From contig CALRFU010000005.1 in the NCBI GenBank assembly GCA_943356775.1, positions 11,671 through 75,670 on the forward strand: a DNA stretch of 64,000 nucleotides. Direction: 5' to 3'. Position numbers and translations under genes: made by a program. Source of the stretch: Candidatus Nomurabacteria bacterium. GTDB lineage: Bacteria > Patescibacteriota > Minisyncoccia > Phycocordibacterales > UBA2100. Numbering within the stretch: position 1 is the first letter of the stretch; each line of letters opens with the position of its first letter. Below the pieces are notes generated by a model. The model was not told the origin of the DNA. It did not search any database and was given only the letters and a program-made list of their open reading frames with translations. Positions 9,718 to 19,448 of this stretch are shown in pieces.

Positions 9718-9754
9718 ATTGTTTATCTTATCCGGTCGGATAAATTAAACAATA
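9717..9754. repeat. 38-bp palindrome, 5' flank of wHTH-Cas2-like gene A
   Basis: TATTGTTTA-tctta-TCCGGTCGGA-taaat-TAAACAATA; overlaps the start codon by 1 nt. Confidence 0.9.
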
Positions 9755-9816
9755 AAGGTTTTACACAGGATTACATTGGAAACGACGGGGAACGAGGCGC
9801 CGACGTTACTGAGACA

Positions 9817-12800
9817 TTACCTCTCCACCGACTCTTTCCGACTCTGGCTTTCTGGAATTTCAGCAGGTGCGGCGGCAGCGAATTCTGCCTCCATTTGCGC
9901 TATCATTTTGTGTTTCTTGCTTCCCTTGAATCCGGTACCGGCAGGGATAAGGCGACCGATGATGACGTTCTCTTTGAGACCGATGAGGCGGTCCACGGCG
10001 CCCGAGACAGCGGCTTCAGCGAGCTTTCGCGGCGTGTTTTGGAATGAGATTGCCGAGAGGAAGGATGCACGTGTGAGCGAGACTTCGGTGATACCGAGCA
10101 AGAGCTGCCTGCCCTTCGCTGGTTCGCCGCCGACTTCTTTTTGCACTTTGTTGATGCGTTCGAATTCGAAATCAGCGACTATCTCTCCTGCTGAGACTCC
10201 TGTGTCGCCTGAGGTTGTGACAGAGACACGAGAGAACATCTGCTTGACGATGACTTCCAAGTGCTTGCGGCCCGTGGATACACCCTGGAGCTCGTAGATG
10301 CGCGTAATTTCGTTGATGATGTATTGCTGTGCACGTTCCTTGCCTGCGAGCATGAAGAGCTCGTCGAGGTCGGCGGAACCGTCGGTGAGGAATTCTCCCT
10401 TGGTGACGGTGGCGCCCTGCTTCACGAGAATCGTGCGAAGTGGGTGGATGCGGTATTCGGTCTCTTTCTTTTGTGCCTTCGCGGTCTTCGCGGTCGAAGC
10501 AACATCAGGGACAATCGTGATGACAGTCTCCTGTCCGTCTTTGATGATATCCGCCACGATACCTGTAACACGCGAGATGGTAGCGGGGAGTTTCGGCTCG
10601 CGGGTTTCGAATACTTCTTCAACGCGTGGAAGACCCATGGTGATGTCTCCGCCTGCAGTCGCGACGCCTCCGGTGTGGAAGGTACGCATAGTGAGCTGAG
10701 TTCCCGGCTCGCCGATAGCCTGGGCGGCGATGACGCCGATTGCTTCTCCGACATCAACGATTTCGCCGGTTGTGAGGTCCATACCGTAGCACTTCTGACA
10801 GACGCCGCGTGCCACCTTACAGGTCATTGGAGAGCGTACAGTGACTTCTGTTGCGTTGCTGTCTTCAACGGCCTTGGCATCATCGCGATTCAAGAGATGA
10901 TTACGCTTGAAGCCTCCTCCATCTTCTGCGAGCACACGACCATTTACACGGTCTCCGAATGAGCCGCCGATATTTTCTTTGCCCGGGCGTGGGATGAGAA
11001 CACCTTCCTTGGTACCGCAGTCTTCTTCCAAGACGACGACGTCGTGAGCGACATCGAAGAGACGGCGCGTGAGGTACCCTGCGCGTGCCGTGTTGAGCGC
11101 GGTGTCGGCAAGACCTTTACGGGCGCCGTGTGTCGAGATGAAGTATTCAATCGGAGTAAGACCTTCTTTGAGTGAAGATGTAATAGGGAATTCGATGATT
11201 TCTCCGCGTGGGTTTGTGATGAGACCTTTCATACCCACCATCTGGTGGAGCTGTACGACGGAACCACGGGCGCCGGATGTAATCATGTCGTGCACAGGGC
11301 CTGTGTTGTCGAGCGCCTCGACGACGTGCTTGCGCAATTCGCCTGATACCCGGCCCCAGATTTCAATGGTCATGCGACGGCGTTCGTCTTCAGTAAGAAG
11401 CCCCTGGTTGTAGTTATCGAGCTCTTTCGCAGCCTGTTCGCGGCCCGCCTTAACCATTTCTTCCTTCACTTCAGGAATAACGACATCGGAAATTGCCCAT
11501 GTGATACCTGCATATGTCGCGTAGCGGAAACCGAATTTCTTGATTGCGTCGAGAATCTTTGGGATACCGTCGAGCTGGTAGTGCGTAACGAGGTTCTGCA
11601 CGAGAGCACTCATGCGCTTGTTGGTGATTTCTTCGTTGAGGAAAGGGAAGTCGCTCGGCAAGACGGAATTGAAGAGAAGACGGCCGACGGTTGTTTCGAA
11701 CACTTTACCTTCGTACTGGGCGTACTTCTTGTTTTCAGTCGGAAGCACTCTGATTTTTGCGCGCAAATCTACCGCGTTGAAATCGTGTGCGGTTATAGCG
11801 GCATTGGTGGAAGGGAATGCACTTCCCTCTCCTTTCAGTCCATCGACGGACTTGGTCATCCAGTAACAACCCAAGACGATATCGAGAAGCTTGGATGCGA
11901 CGACGACGTCGCCCGAACCCGGCTTCAGGATGTTTTTGTTGGCGGACATCATCATCTTCGCTTCCATTTGAGCGGCTTCGGAGAGCGGTACGTGTACAGC
12001 CATCGCGTCGCCGTCGAAGTCGGCGTTGTACGCAGGACAGACGAGCGGATGCACTTGGATAGCATTGCCTTCGATGAGTACCGGGCGGAACGCCTGGATA
12101 GACTGGCGGTGAAGTGTCGGTGCGCGGTTCAAGAGTACGTACTTGTCTTTGATTGCCTCTTCGAGAATTGGCCAGACCTCCGGTGCCTCGTCTTCAATGA
12201 GACGGCCGGCTCCGCGGATGTTGTAAGCGAGTTCACGTGCGAGGAGTCCTTGGATGACGAACGGACGGAAGAGCTCGAGCACCATGTGCTTCGGAAGACC
12301 ACACTCGTCGAGTGCGAGGTCCGGTCCGACGACGATGACAGAGCGGCCCGAGTAATCGACACGCTTACCGAGGAGGTTTTGGCGGAGGTAACCGTGTTTA
12401 CCCTTCAAGTAATCAGCGAGGGATTTGAGTGCGCGGCGGCGGCCACCGAGGATACCGAGCACACCTGCACCACGGCGCATGGAGTTGTCGAGGAGCGCGT
12501 CGACGGCTTCCTGGAGAATGCGCTTTTCGTTGCGGAGAATGACTTCCGGAGCGTGGATGGCGAGCAACCGCTTCAAGCGGTTGTTACGGTTGATGACGCG
12601 GCGGTAGAGGTCGTTCAAGTCGGAAGATGCATGACGACCCCCTTCGAGTGCGACCATCGGGCGGAGTGCCGGCGGTACTACAGGGAGACGCGTCATAAAC
12701 ATCCACTCAGGGCGCACACCTGCACGCTGCAAGCTCTCGGCGAGGCCGAGGCGCTTACGGAGTTTGTCGCGGTCTGCGGCACCGGAGTTTTCGTACTCCT

Positions 12801-13518
12801 CCTTCACCTTCTTGATGAAGACCTCGATGTCGATATTTTTCAAAATGGTGTACAGCGCCTCGGCTCCGATGGATGCACGGAACATAGCGCCGTACTTAAC
12901 GGCGAAGAGATGGTACGCGGCCTCATCGAGGACGACACCCATCCGGACGGATTCTATTTCTTTCTTGGCTTTCGTCGCGCGTTCTTTGAGATCGGTCTTT
13001 ACCTCGGCGGTTGCGGCGGCTTTGTTCTTGGTCGCGAATTCAAGTTCCAATTCCTTGAGCAATCGCTCGCGCTCTTTTTCATCGACATGCGTGACGATGT
13101 AGCCTGCGAAGTAGACGACTTTTTCTACCTCTGCAGCCGAGAGGCCGAGCATGAGTGCGATGCGAGAAGGAATTCCGCGAAGGAACCAGATGTGCGAAAC
13201 GGGTGTCGCGAGGTCGATGTGACCCATGCGCTCACGGCGGACGATAGCGCGAGTGATTTCGACGCCACATTTTTCACACACGATGCCGCGAAAACGGATA
13301 CCCCGGTATTTTCCGCAGTAACATTCGTAGTCTTTCTCAGGTCCGAATACGCGCTCGTCGAAGAGTCCGTTCTTCTCGGGGCGCTGGGTGCGGTAGTTGA
13401 TGGTCTCAGGCTTTGTTATCTCGCCGAAACTCCACTCCAACATGCGGTCAGGAGAGGCGAGTCGCATTGCGACCGCTTCGAAGTCCTGTGGGATGACGTC
13501 TTTCTTTTTTATTGCCAT
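9817..13518 (-). CDS. rpoC: RNA polymerase beta' subunit
   Basis: NADFDGD catalytic loop, C.CGKY zinc finger, GEPGTQLTMRTFH. Confidence 0.99.
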   Translation of the reverse strand: MAIKKKDVIPQDFEAVAMRLASPDRMLEWSFGEITKPETINYRTQRPEKNGLFDERVFGPEKDYECYCGKYRGIRFRGIVCEKCGVEITRAIVRRERMGHIDLATPVSHIWFLRGIPSRIALMLGLSAAEVEKVVYFAGYIVTHVDEKERERLLKELELEFATKNKAAATAEVKTDLKERATKAKKEIESVRMGVVLDEAAYHLFAVKYGAMFRASIGAEALYTILKNIDIEVFIKKVKEEYENSGAADRDKLRKRLGLAESLQRAGVRPEWMFMTRLPVVPPALRPMVALEGGRHASSDLNDLYRRVINRNNRLKRLLAIHAPEVILRNEKRILQEAVDALLDNSMRRGAGVLGILGGRRRALKSLADYLKGKHGYLRQNLLGKRVDYSGRSVIVVGPDLALDECGLPKHMVLELFRPFVIQGLLARELAYNIRGAGRLIEDEAPEVWPILEEAIKDKYVLLNRAPTLHRQSIQAFRPVLIEGNAIQVHPLVCPAYNADFDGDAMAVHVPLSEAAQMEAKMMMSANKNILKPGSGDVVVASKLLDIVLGCYWMTKSVDGLKGEGSAFPSTNAAITAHDFNAVDLRAKIRVLPTENKKYAQYEGKVFETTVGRLLFNSVLPSDFPFLNEEITNKRMSALVQNLVTHYQLDGIPKILDAIKKFGFRYATYAGITWAISDVVIPEVKEEMVKAGREQAAKELDNYNQGLLTEDERRRMTIEIWGRVSGELRKHVVEALDNTGPVHDMITSGARGSVVQLHQMVGMKGLITNPRGEIIEFPITSSLKEGLTPIEYFISTHGARKGLADTALNTARAGYLTRRLFDVAHDVVVLEEDCGTKEGVLIPRPGKENIGGSFGDRVNGRVLAEDGGGFKRNHLLNRDDAKAVEDSNATEVTVRSPMTCKVARGVCQKCYGMDLTTGEIVDVGEAIGVIAAQAIGEPGTQLTMRTFHTGGVATAGGDITMGLPRVEEVFETREPKLPATISRVTGIVADIIKDGQETVITIVPDVASTAKTAKAQKKETEYRIHPLRTILVKQGATVTKGEFLTDGSADLDELFMLAGKERAQQYIINEITRIYELQGVSTGRKHLEVIVKQMFSRVSVTTSGDTGVSAGEIVADFEFERINKVQKEVGGEPAKGRQLLLGITEVSLTRASFLSAISFQNTPRKLAEAAVSGAVDRLIGLKENVIIGRLIPAGTGFKGSKKHKMIAQMEAEFAAAAPAEIPESQSRKESVER

Positions 13519-13530
13519 ACAGATGTGTGA

Positions 13531-16500
13531 TTAGAAGTTTTGCGAGCCGCCTTTAAATTCAATGTCGATACCGAGCCCACGCAAATGTCTGACCAGGACA
13601 TTAAACGTAGCCGGTGTATTCGATTCTTGAATGCGTTTGCCGGAAACGATGGCATCGAACGCGGCCGAGCGACCGAGGATGTCGTCGGATTTGATGGTGA
13701 GAATTTCGCGCAGAGAGTATGCGGCGCCGTAACCCAAGAATGCCCAGACTTCCATTTCGCCCACGCGCTGACCGCCGTTCTGAGCTTTACCGCCGAGAGG
13801 CTGCTGCGTCGTGAGTGAGTACGGTCCGATTGAGCGCATGTGAATTTTGTCTTCCACCATGTGGTGAAGCTTGAGGATGTACATGACGCCGACCGATACA
13901 GGCTGAGCGAATGCTTCTCCTGTCCGCCCGTCGAAAAGGATGCGCTTTCCTGTCTCTGAGACGCCCGCTTTCGCAAGTTCGCCGCGAATTTCTTCTTCAG
14001 TCGCGCCTGCAAACGAAGGGACGATGGCCTGATAGCCGAGCATGTCTGCGGCAAGCCCCAGGTGAAGCTCAAGAATTTGTCCGAGGTTCATACGCGAAGG
14101 CACGCCGAGCGGTGTGAGGATGATGTCGACAGGATTGCCGTCCTTATCGAATGGCATGTCTTCTTCCGGCAAGATGCGGGAGATGACGCCTTTGTTGCCG
14201 TGACGGCCGGCGAGCTTGTCTCCGACCGAGATGGTGCGGAGCTGTGCCACTTCGATGTGTACGCGCTTGATGACGCCCGACTCGAGTTGGTCGCCGGTCT
14301 CGCGTGAGAATATTTTGACGCCGATGACACGACCGCGCTTACCTCCTTCCATGCGGAGCGAAGTGTCTTTCACGTCCTTCGCCTTCTCACCGAAGATTGC
14401 GTGCAAGAGGCGCTCTTCCGGCGTGAGCTGCGTCTCGCCTTTCGGAGTGACTTTACCGACGAGGATGTCGCCCGAGCGCACTTCTGCGCCGATGCGGATG
14501 ACTCCGTCTTCGTCGAGGTTGCGGAGTTTGAATTCTGAAACGTTGGGGATGTCGTGAGTCGTCACCTCAGCACCGAGCTTCGTATCGCGGACGACACAGA
14601 TGAACTCTTCCATGTGTATAGAGGTGAAGCGGGCTTCCTTGGCGAGCTTCTCGGAAATGACGATGGCGTCTTCGAAGTTGGCGCCAAACCACGGCAAGAA
14701 CGCCACACGGACGTTTTGTCCGATAGCGAGCTGACCGCCGACGGAGGTGGAAGTATCAGCGAGGACGGTCCCCTTCTTCACCGAATCACCGACCGAGATA
14801 AGCGGGCGCTGGTGGAAAGTGGTGAATCCGTTGGTACGGGAGAAATTGACGAGCGGGTGCTCCTTGGTCTTGCCGTCGGTGTTTTTGACCTTAATCATCT
14901 GGGCATCGGCATAGATGACCTCTCCTGCCTCTTCGGCAATAATGAGACGTCCGGAGTCACGCGCTGCGGCAGCTTCGACACCCGTCGCAACGACCGGAGC
15001 CTCAGGTACCACGAGTGGTACTGCCTGCTTTTGCATGTTCGAACCCATCAGCGCACGGTTGGCGTCGTCGTTTTCAACGAACGGAATGAGCGAGGTTGCA
15101 ACGGAGAACGGTTGGTTGGTCGCGACTTCCATGAAGTCCACGTTTTCGCGCTTCACCAATGTCGGATTCCCTTCACGACGCACTTCTACGACTTTCGGAG
15201 AGATGTGTCCTAATTCGTCGCGTGGGATTCCTGCGTGCGCGATAGCATACTGCTCTTCTTCGAGTGCATTCAAGTAAACGATTTCTTTGGTGACGAGACC
15301 TTTCTCGACTTTTGCGTACGGCGTCTCGATGATGCCGAATTCATTTGGCCGTGCGTAGAGTGACATGTGGAGCACGAGACCGATATTCTTACCTTCAGGG
15401 GTGTGAATCGGGCAGACGCGGCCGTAGTGCGAGGAGTGCACGTCGCGCACTTCAAGACCTGCGCGCTCCGAGGTGAGTCCGCCGCGACCGAGTGTGGAGA
15501 GTGTGCGGAGGTGTTCGATTTCGTCGAGCGTATTGTATTGCTGCATGAGCTGCGAAAGCTGGTCGGTCGTGAAGAATTCACGGATGGCAGCCTGGAACGG
15601 GCGCGGGTTGACGAACGAGACGGGGTTTGTGGTCTCGGCATCCACCATCGCCATACGGTCCTGGATGTTGCGCTTCATGCGGGAAAGACCGACACGCATA
15701 CGGCCTTCGAGGAGCTCTCCGGCGAAACGTACGCGGCGGAAGCCCAAGTGGTCGATGTCGTCTGCCTGTGCCGCAGGATTTGCGTTTGATTCAGCGATGT
15801 GGGTGATGATGCGAATTACATCGGCGAGGGTCAGTGTGACATTGGCGAGGTCTTTTTCTGCGATTCCAAGGCCGAAGCGACGATTGAAATGGAAACGGCC
15901 AACACGCGAGAAGTCGTAGCGCTCGGGCGACAAAATGGATGCGACGTGGTCGCGGGCGGACTCAGGCGTCGCGATATCGCCGTCGCGAAGGCGGCGGTAT
16001 ATCTCTACAAAAGCCTCTTCAGGCGTCTTGGCATGGTCGTGTTCGAGGGTTTTGACCATCGCATCGCGGGCAAGCGGCGATTTCTCGAATTGAGCAAGCA
16101 CCTCTTTCTCGCTGGAGAGTCCCAAGACGCGCAAGAGCGACGTCACGGGGAACTTTCGTTTGCGATCAATCTTTACGTAAATACCGCCGTCTGCATCAGA
16201 CTCTATTTCTATCCAAACGCCGCGCGCCGGAATAATCTTAGCGGCAAAATAGCTCTTACCTTTGTAAGGAATGGATTCAAAGAAAACGCCGTACGACCGG
16301 GCGAGCTGCGGCACGACGATGCGCTCAACCCCGTTGATGACAAAGGTACCGTGCGGAGTCATCCACGGGAAATCCGCGAGGAAGATTTCCTGCTCTTTCT
16401 CGTCGCCGGTCGTTTTGTTCTTGAGACGGACGACCATCGAGAGCGGGGCCTCGTAGGTCTTCATTGCACGCTTCGCGTACTGTTCGTCCCAGCGCAAATC

Positions 16501-16710
16501 GCCGAAAGAAAACTTCACGAGTTTCAATTCGAACTTTTTGCCGGAGTGGTCGGAAATCGGGGAGAATTCCTTGAACACACGTTCAGCACCTCCGTCGACG
16601 AAGTCCTGAAAAGATTTTATCTGCGCTTCAACGAGGCTTGGGAATTTTACGAGTGGCTCGATGAACTTGCCGAAGTACTTCTGCGGTCGCACTGATTTCT
16701 GTTTCGCCAT
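13531..16710 (-). CDS. rpoB: RNA polymerase beta subunit
   Basis: GDKLAGRHGNKGV, RALMGSNMQKQA, GGQRVGEMEVWA. Confidence 0.99.
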   Translation of the reverse strand: MAKQKSVRPQKYFGKFIEPLVKFPSLVEAQIKSFQDFVDGGAERVFKEFSPISDHSGKKFELKLVKFSFGDLRWDEQYAKRAMKTYEAPLSMVVRLKNKTTGDEKEQEIFLADFPWMTPHGTFVINGVERIVVPQLARSYGVFFESIPYKGKSYFAAKIIPARGVWIEIESDADGGIYVKIDRKRKFPVTSLLRVLGLSSEKEVLAQFEKSPLARDAMVKTLEHDHAKTPEEAFVEIYRRLRDGDIATPESARDHVASILSPERYDFSRVGRFHFNRRFGLGIAEKDLANVTLTLADVIRIITHIAESNANPAAQADDIDHLGFRRVRFAGELLEGRMRVGLSRMKRNIQDRMAMVDAETTNPVSFVNPRPFQAAIREFFTTDQLSQLMQQYNTLDEIEHLRTLSTLGRGGLTSERAGLEVRDVHSSHYGRVCPIHTPEGKNIGLVLHMSLYARPNEFGIIETPYAKVEKGLVTKEIVYLNALEEEQYAIAHAGIPRDELGHISPKVVEVRREGNPTLVKRENVDFMEVATNQPFSVATSLIPFVENDDANRALMGSNMQKQAVPLVVPEAPVVATGVEAAAARDSGRLIIAEEAGEVIYADAQMIKVKNTDGKTKEHPLVNFSRTNGFTTFHQRPLISVGDSVKKGTVLADTSTSVGGQLAIGQNVRVAFLPWFGANFEDAIVISEKLAKEARFTSIHMEEFICVVRDTKLGAEVTTHDIPNVSEFKLRNLDEDGVIRIGAEVRSGDILVGKVTPKGETQLTPEERLLHAIFGEKAKDVKDTSLRMEGGKRGRVIGVKIFSRETGDQLESGVIKRVHIEVAQLRTISVGDKLAGRHGNKGVISRILPEEDMPFDKDGNPVDIILTPLGVPSRMNLGQILELHLGLAADMLGYQAIVPSFAGATEEEIRGELAKAGVSETGKRILFDGRTGEAFAQPVSVGVMYILKLHHMVEDKIHMRSIGPYSLTTQQPLGGKAQNGGQRVGEMEVWAFLGYGAAYSLREILTIKSDDILGRSAAFDAIVSGKRIQESNTPATFNVLVRHLRGLGIDIEFKGGSQNF

Positions 16711-16931
16711 AATAACAAGGTTTCCGTACGATGCTTCGCATCGCAGGTAAGAATCATTATTAAATTTTTAGTAAAATGAGACTTTCGTCTCATGCTGTCT
16801 GCGTCGCTCGGAAATGAAAACGAGTTTTCATTTCACTCACTATCCTCGACAGACAAAAGGCTTTCCCCGAACCAAAACCTTTTACTAAAAGCGCAGCCAG
16901 AACTCAATCGGCTCGTAGCAAATGTCGGCAG

Positions 16932-16960
16932 AGTATAAGCGAGACCCCGCCCAGTGTCAA
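16932..16960 (-). promoter_or_regulatory. Sigma70 promoter of rpoBC
   Basis: TTGACA-17 nt-TATACT on the minus strand, implying a leader of about 215 nt. Confidence 0.7.
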
Positions 16961-16973
16961 GCGCAAATTTTGG

Positions 16974-17906
16974 CTAATAACCTTTCTCATCAACCGTCAC
17001 CCCGCTGCGAATTCCAATTTGAGCATTTGATTTGGTCGATTCCTTATCTAGTTCATCAAGAAGGCTCCTGAACTCTGTCATCCACGCGGGGTCTAAGTAT
17101 CCTTGTAGATTTCGTGTTAGATTCTTCAATCGATACTCTCCGCCCCCCTTCGGTCCGTGACCGACATAGCTCCTGTACAATATGCCTGCTTCGTCTGCTG
17201 TCCGATGTTCGGACTGGAACGCAAGTATCTCGTATATTAATTGGACAAGATTTGCAGCAAATTCCGTTCGATAGTCTTCCTTGAGACCTCGAGGCAGACT
17301 CATTGATTGAGCCAGTTGTAGAGATTGCCCAAGCCATCTGTCCGCTTTTTCTCCAAAATTAAAAGGGAATTCCTTGTTTATCGCCGCTGCGGCTTTCGTA
17401 AATCTTTCAAAACCTTTCGGAGTAACGTCACCGTGATACGTTTTTACGTGACTCTGATAGGCGTCATACATAACCTTACTTGCCCCCGGAGCGCTTGTGC
17501 CCGTGTCGACCTTCAACAATTTGAACTTGTTCCAATTCTTTTCTTTGACAGCCCTGAGCGCTTCCATAACCAACTCTTGTGTCTGCTTTATTGCTTCGGG
17601 GTCTCTGTTTTGTTCTTTCCCCAAAGAATCAAGTACCGAGCTTTTCGCCGAAAGACCTCCGAGCGTCTGGTCTACTACAGATCTAAACTCGGCAACTTTA
17701 TCAGCCGGAACTTCACCCTTATATGCCAAACGCATATTATCCCACGCTGTAAGAACAGCTGCCTCCGTGGCAAGATCATCTCCCTGTTTTGCAGATTGCT
17801 CAGCCACTGTTAATTGCTCTTTTGCATCATCTGCAAATTTCTCATCCCTCTTTTCATCTCCCTGCACTGAATTACCTTGAGGTTTTATCGCATTAGGCAT
17901 GCTCAC
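16974..17906 (-). CDS. Hypothetical helical protein
   Basis: 310-aa ORF, no motif recognised. Confidence 0.7.
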   Translation of the reverse strand: MSMPNAIKPQGNSVQGDEKRDEKFADDAKEQLTVAEQSAKQGDDLATEAAVLTAWDNMRLAYKGEVPADKVAEFRSVVDQTLGGLSAKSSVLDSLGKEQNRDPEAIKQTQELVMEALRAVKEKNWNKFKLLKVDTGTSAPGASKVMYDAYQSHVKTYHGDVTPKGFERFTKAAAAINKEFPFNFGEKADRWLGQSLQLAQSMSLPRGLKEDYRTEFAANLVQLIYEILAFQSEHRTADEAGILYRSYVGHGPKGGGEYRLKNLTRNLQGYLDPAWMTEFRSLLDELDKESTKSNAQIGIRSGVTVDEKGY

Positions 17907-17951
17907 ATTTTACACCAAAAAGCACCACGAGCATTGACCAAAATCGACTCT

Positions 17952-17974
17952 CTTCGGAGGTTAAACCTTCGGAG
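17952..17974. repeat. REP-like palindrome left of RAYT
   Basis: CTTCGGAGGTTAAACCTTCGGAG. Confidence 0.8.
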
Positions 17975-17994
17975 ATTCGTGGTACGCTAGACGG

Positions 17995-18675
17995 ATGGCA
18001 ACACGGGCACCATGCGTGACAGACGAGTGGTATCACTGCTACAACAGGGGTGTCGACAAGCGCAAGGTTTTCGAGTCGAAGGCGGACTATGAACGCTTCA
18101 CCGCCCTCTTATATGTTTCAAACGGGGATAAGACCGAGGCTATTTCCGACAGGTACCGCAGAGATTTGCAGTCGATTCTCGCAGGTGACCCCGCGGAGCG
18201 GGGCAGACCCCTCGTAGACATCGCTGCTTTTTCCTTGATGCCTACCCATGTCCACTTGGTGTTACAACAACTGCAAGACGGCGGGATTGCCCGATTCATG
18301 CAGAAAGTATTTACCGGCTACACGATGCATTTCAATGCGAGGCGGGAGCGAACCGGCGCCTTGTTCGCGGGTACATACAAAGCGAAACACATCGACGACG
18401 ATAGATATCTCAAGAAGGTGATTCCGTACGTTATTTTGAATCCTGCGGAGCTATTTGAACCGAAATGGAAACAAGGAAAATGCGATGTTCGAAAGGTGCG
18501 CGCGCAATTGTTGGAATATCCCTACTCCAGTGTGAAAGAGTTCTTCAGTAAAGACGCAACGGCCCAGAAAATCACTGGCGCAGGTATACGAGAATACTTC
18601 GACCGAATGCCGAATCTGACGGAAATGCTTAGAGACGCGCAGGACTACTACCGTGAGTATTCTCCGGAGGTTTAA
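17995..18675 (+). mobile_element. REP-associated tyrosine transposase (RAYT / Y1 HUH family)
   Basis: YHCYNRGVDK, LMPTHVHLV (HUH), F.GY...FN....R.G.LF, Y...NP, YPYSS; flanked by palindromes. Confidence 0.92.
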
Positions 18676-19321
18676 CCTCCGGAGTTTTACGTGATTTCTT
18701 CCATTCCTCGATTTTGGCGTGATGGCCGGAGAGGAGAATCTTGGGGACCCGGTGTTTTTTACCTTTCCACTCAAGAACCTCCGGTCGGGTGTAGACGTCG
18801 GGGCTCGATACACGGGATGCTTCAAGGGATTCTGCCTTACCCAAGACCCCCGGTACAAAGCGGGAAATAGCGTCTATAAGAGTGGCTGCCGGAAGCTCCC
18901 CGCCCGTGAGCACATACGGTCCGACAGAGACTTTCTTTGCCTTCAGTATTTTTTGTACGCGCGCATCTACTCCTTCGTAGTGTCCGCAAATAAAAAGTAT
19001 GTCTTTCTTTTTGGAAAGCTCCTTGGCCATCACCTCATCGAATACCACGCCATCAGTGGCGAAGAATATCTTTTCAACTCCTTTTTTATTCCCTATCGCC
19101 TTCTGCGCCGCGCGCAACATCCCATCCGGCTCTAAAACCATACCGGGTCCGCCACCGTATGGTCGTCTGTCGACACGTCCATGTCTGTCTCGAGTGAACT
19201 TTTTCGGGTCGTAATATGAAATTTTTATTTTTTTTGCGGCAATCGCACGGCCAATGATAGAAGCGTTGAGATACGGCTCAATAGATTCGGGAAACAAAGT
19301 AACGACGTGAAAATGTAGCAT
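18629..19321 (-). CDS. trmD: tRNA (guanine37-N1) methyltransferase
   Basis: VD.RPYGGGPGMV, CGHYEGVDAR, YVLTGGELPA, LLSGHH. Confidence 0.97.
   Translation of the reverse strand: MLHFHVVTLFPESIEPYLNASIIGRAIAAKKIKISYYDPKKFTRDRHGRVDRRPYGGGPGMVLEPDGMLRAAQKAIGNKKGVEKIFFATDGVVFDEVMAKELSKKKDILFICGHYEGVDARVQKILKAKKVSVGPYVLTGGELPAATLIDAISRFVPGVLGKAESLEASRVSSPDVYTRPEVLEWKGKKHRVPKILLSGHHAKIEEWKKSRKTPEVKPPENTHGSSPARL
18662..18684. repeat. REP-like palindrome right of RAYT
   Basis: CTCCGGAGGTTTAACCTCCGGAG; contains the RAYT stop codon. Confidence 0.85.
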
Positions 19322-19448
19322 GCGTATTTCTCAACCTCAGAGAGGCAGCCTGTCTTTTTGGAGACCCCGCAGGGCTTGGCCCGAGGACAGTGCATTTTTC
19401 AGCAGAAAAATGTTGTTCTCCAAAAAGACAGGTTGCTGAACGACCCCC

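Noticed and set aside
11581-13530. 649-aa plus-strand ORF and other long antisense ORFs over rpoB, smc and dnaE
   Set aside because: Antisense shadows of conserved genes with no recognisable motifs
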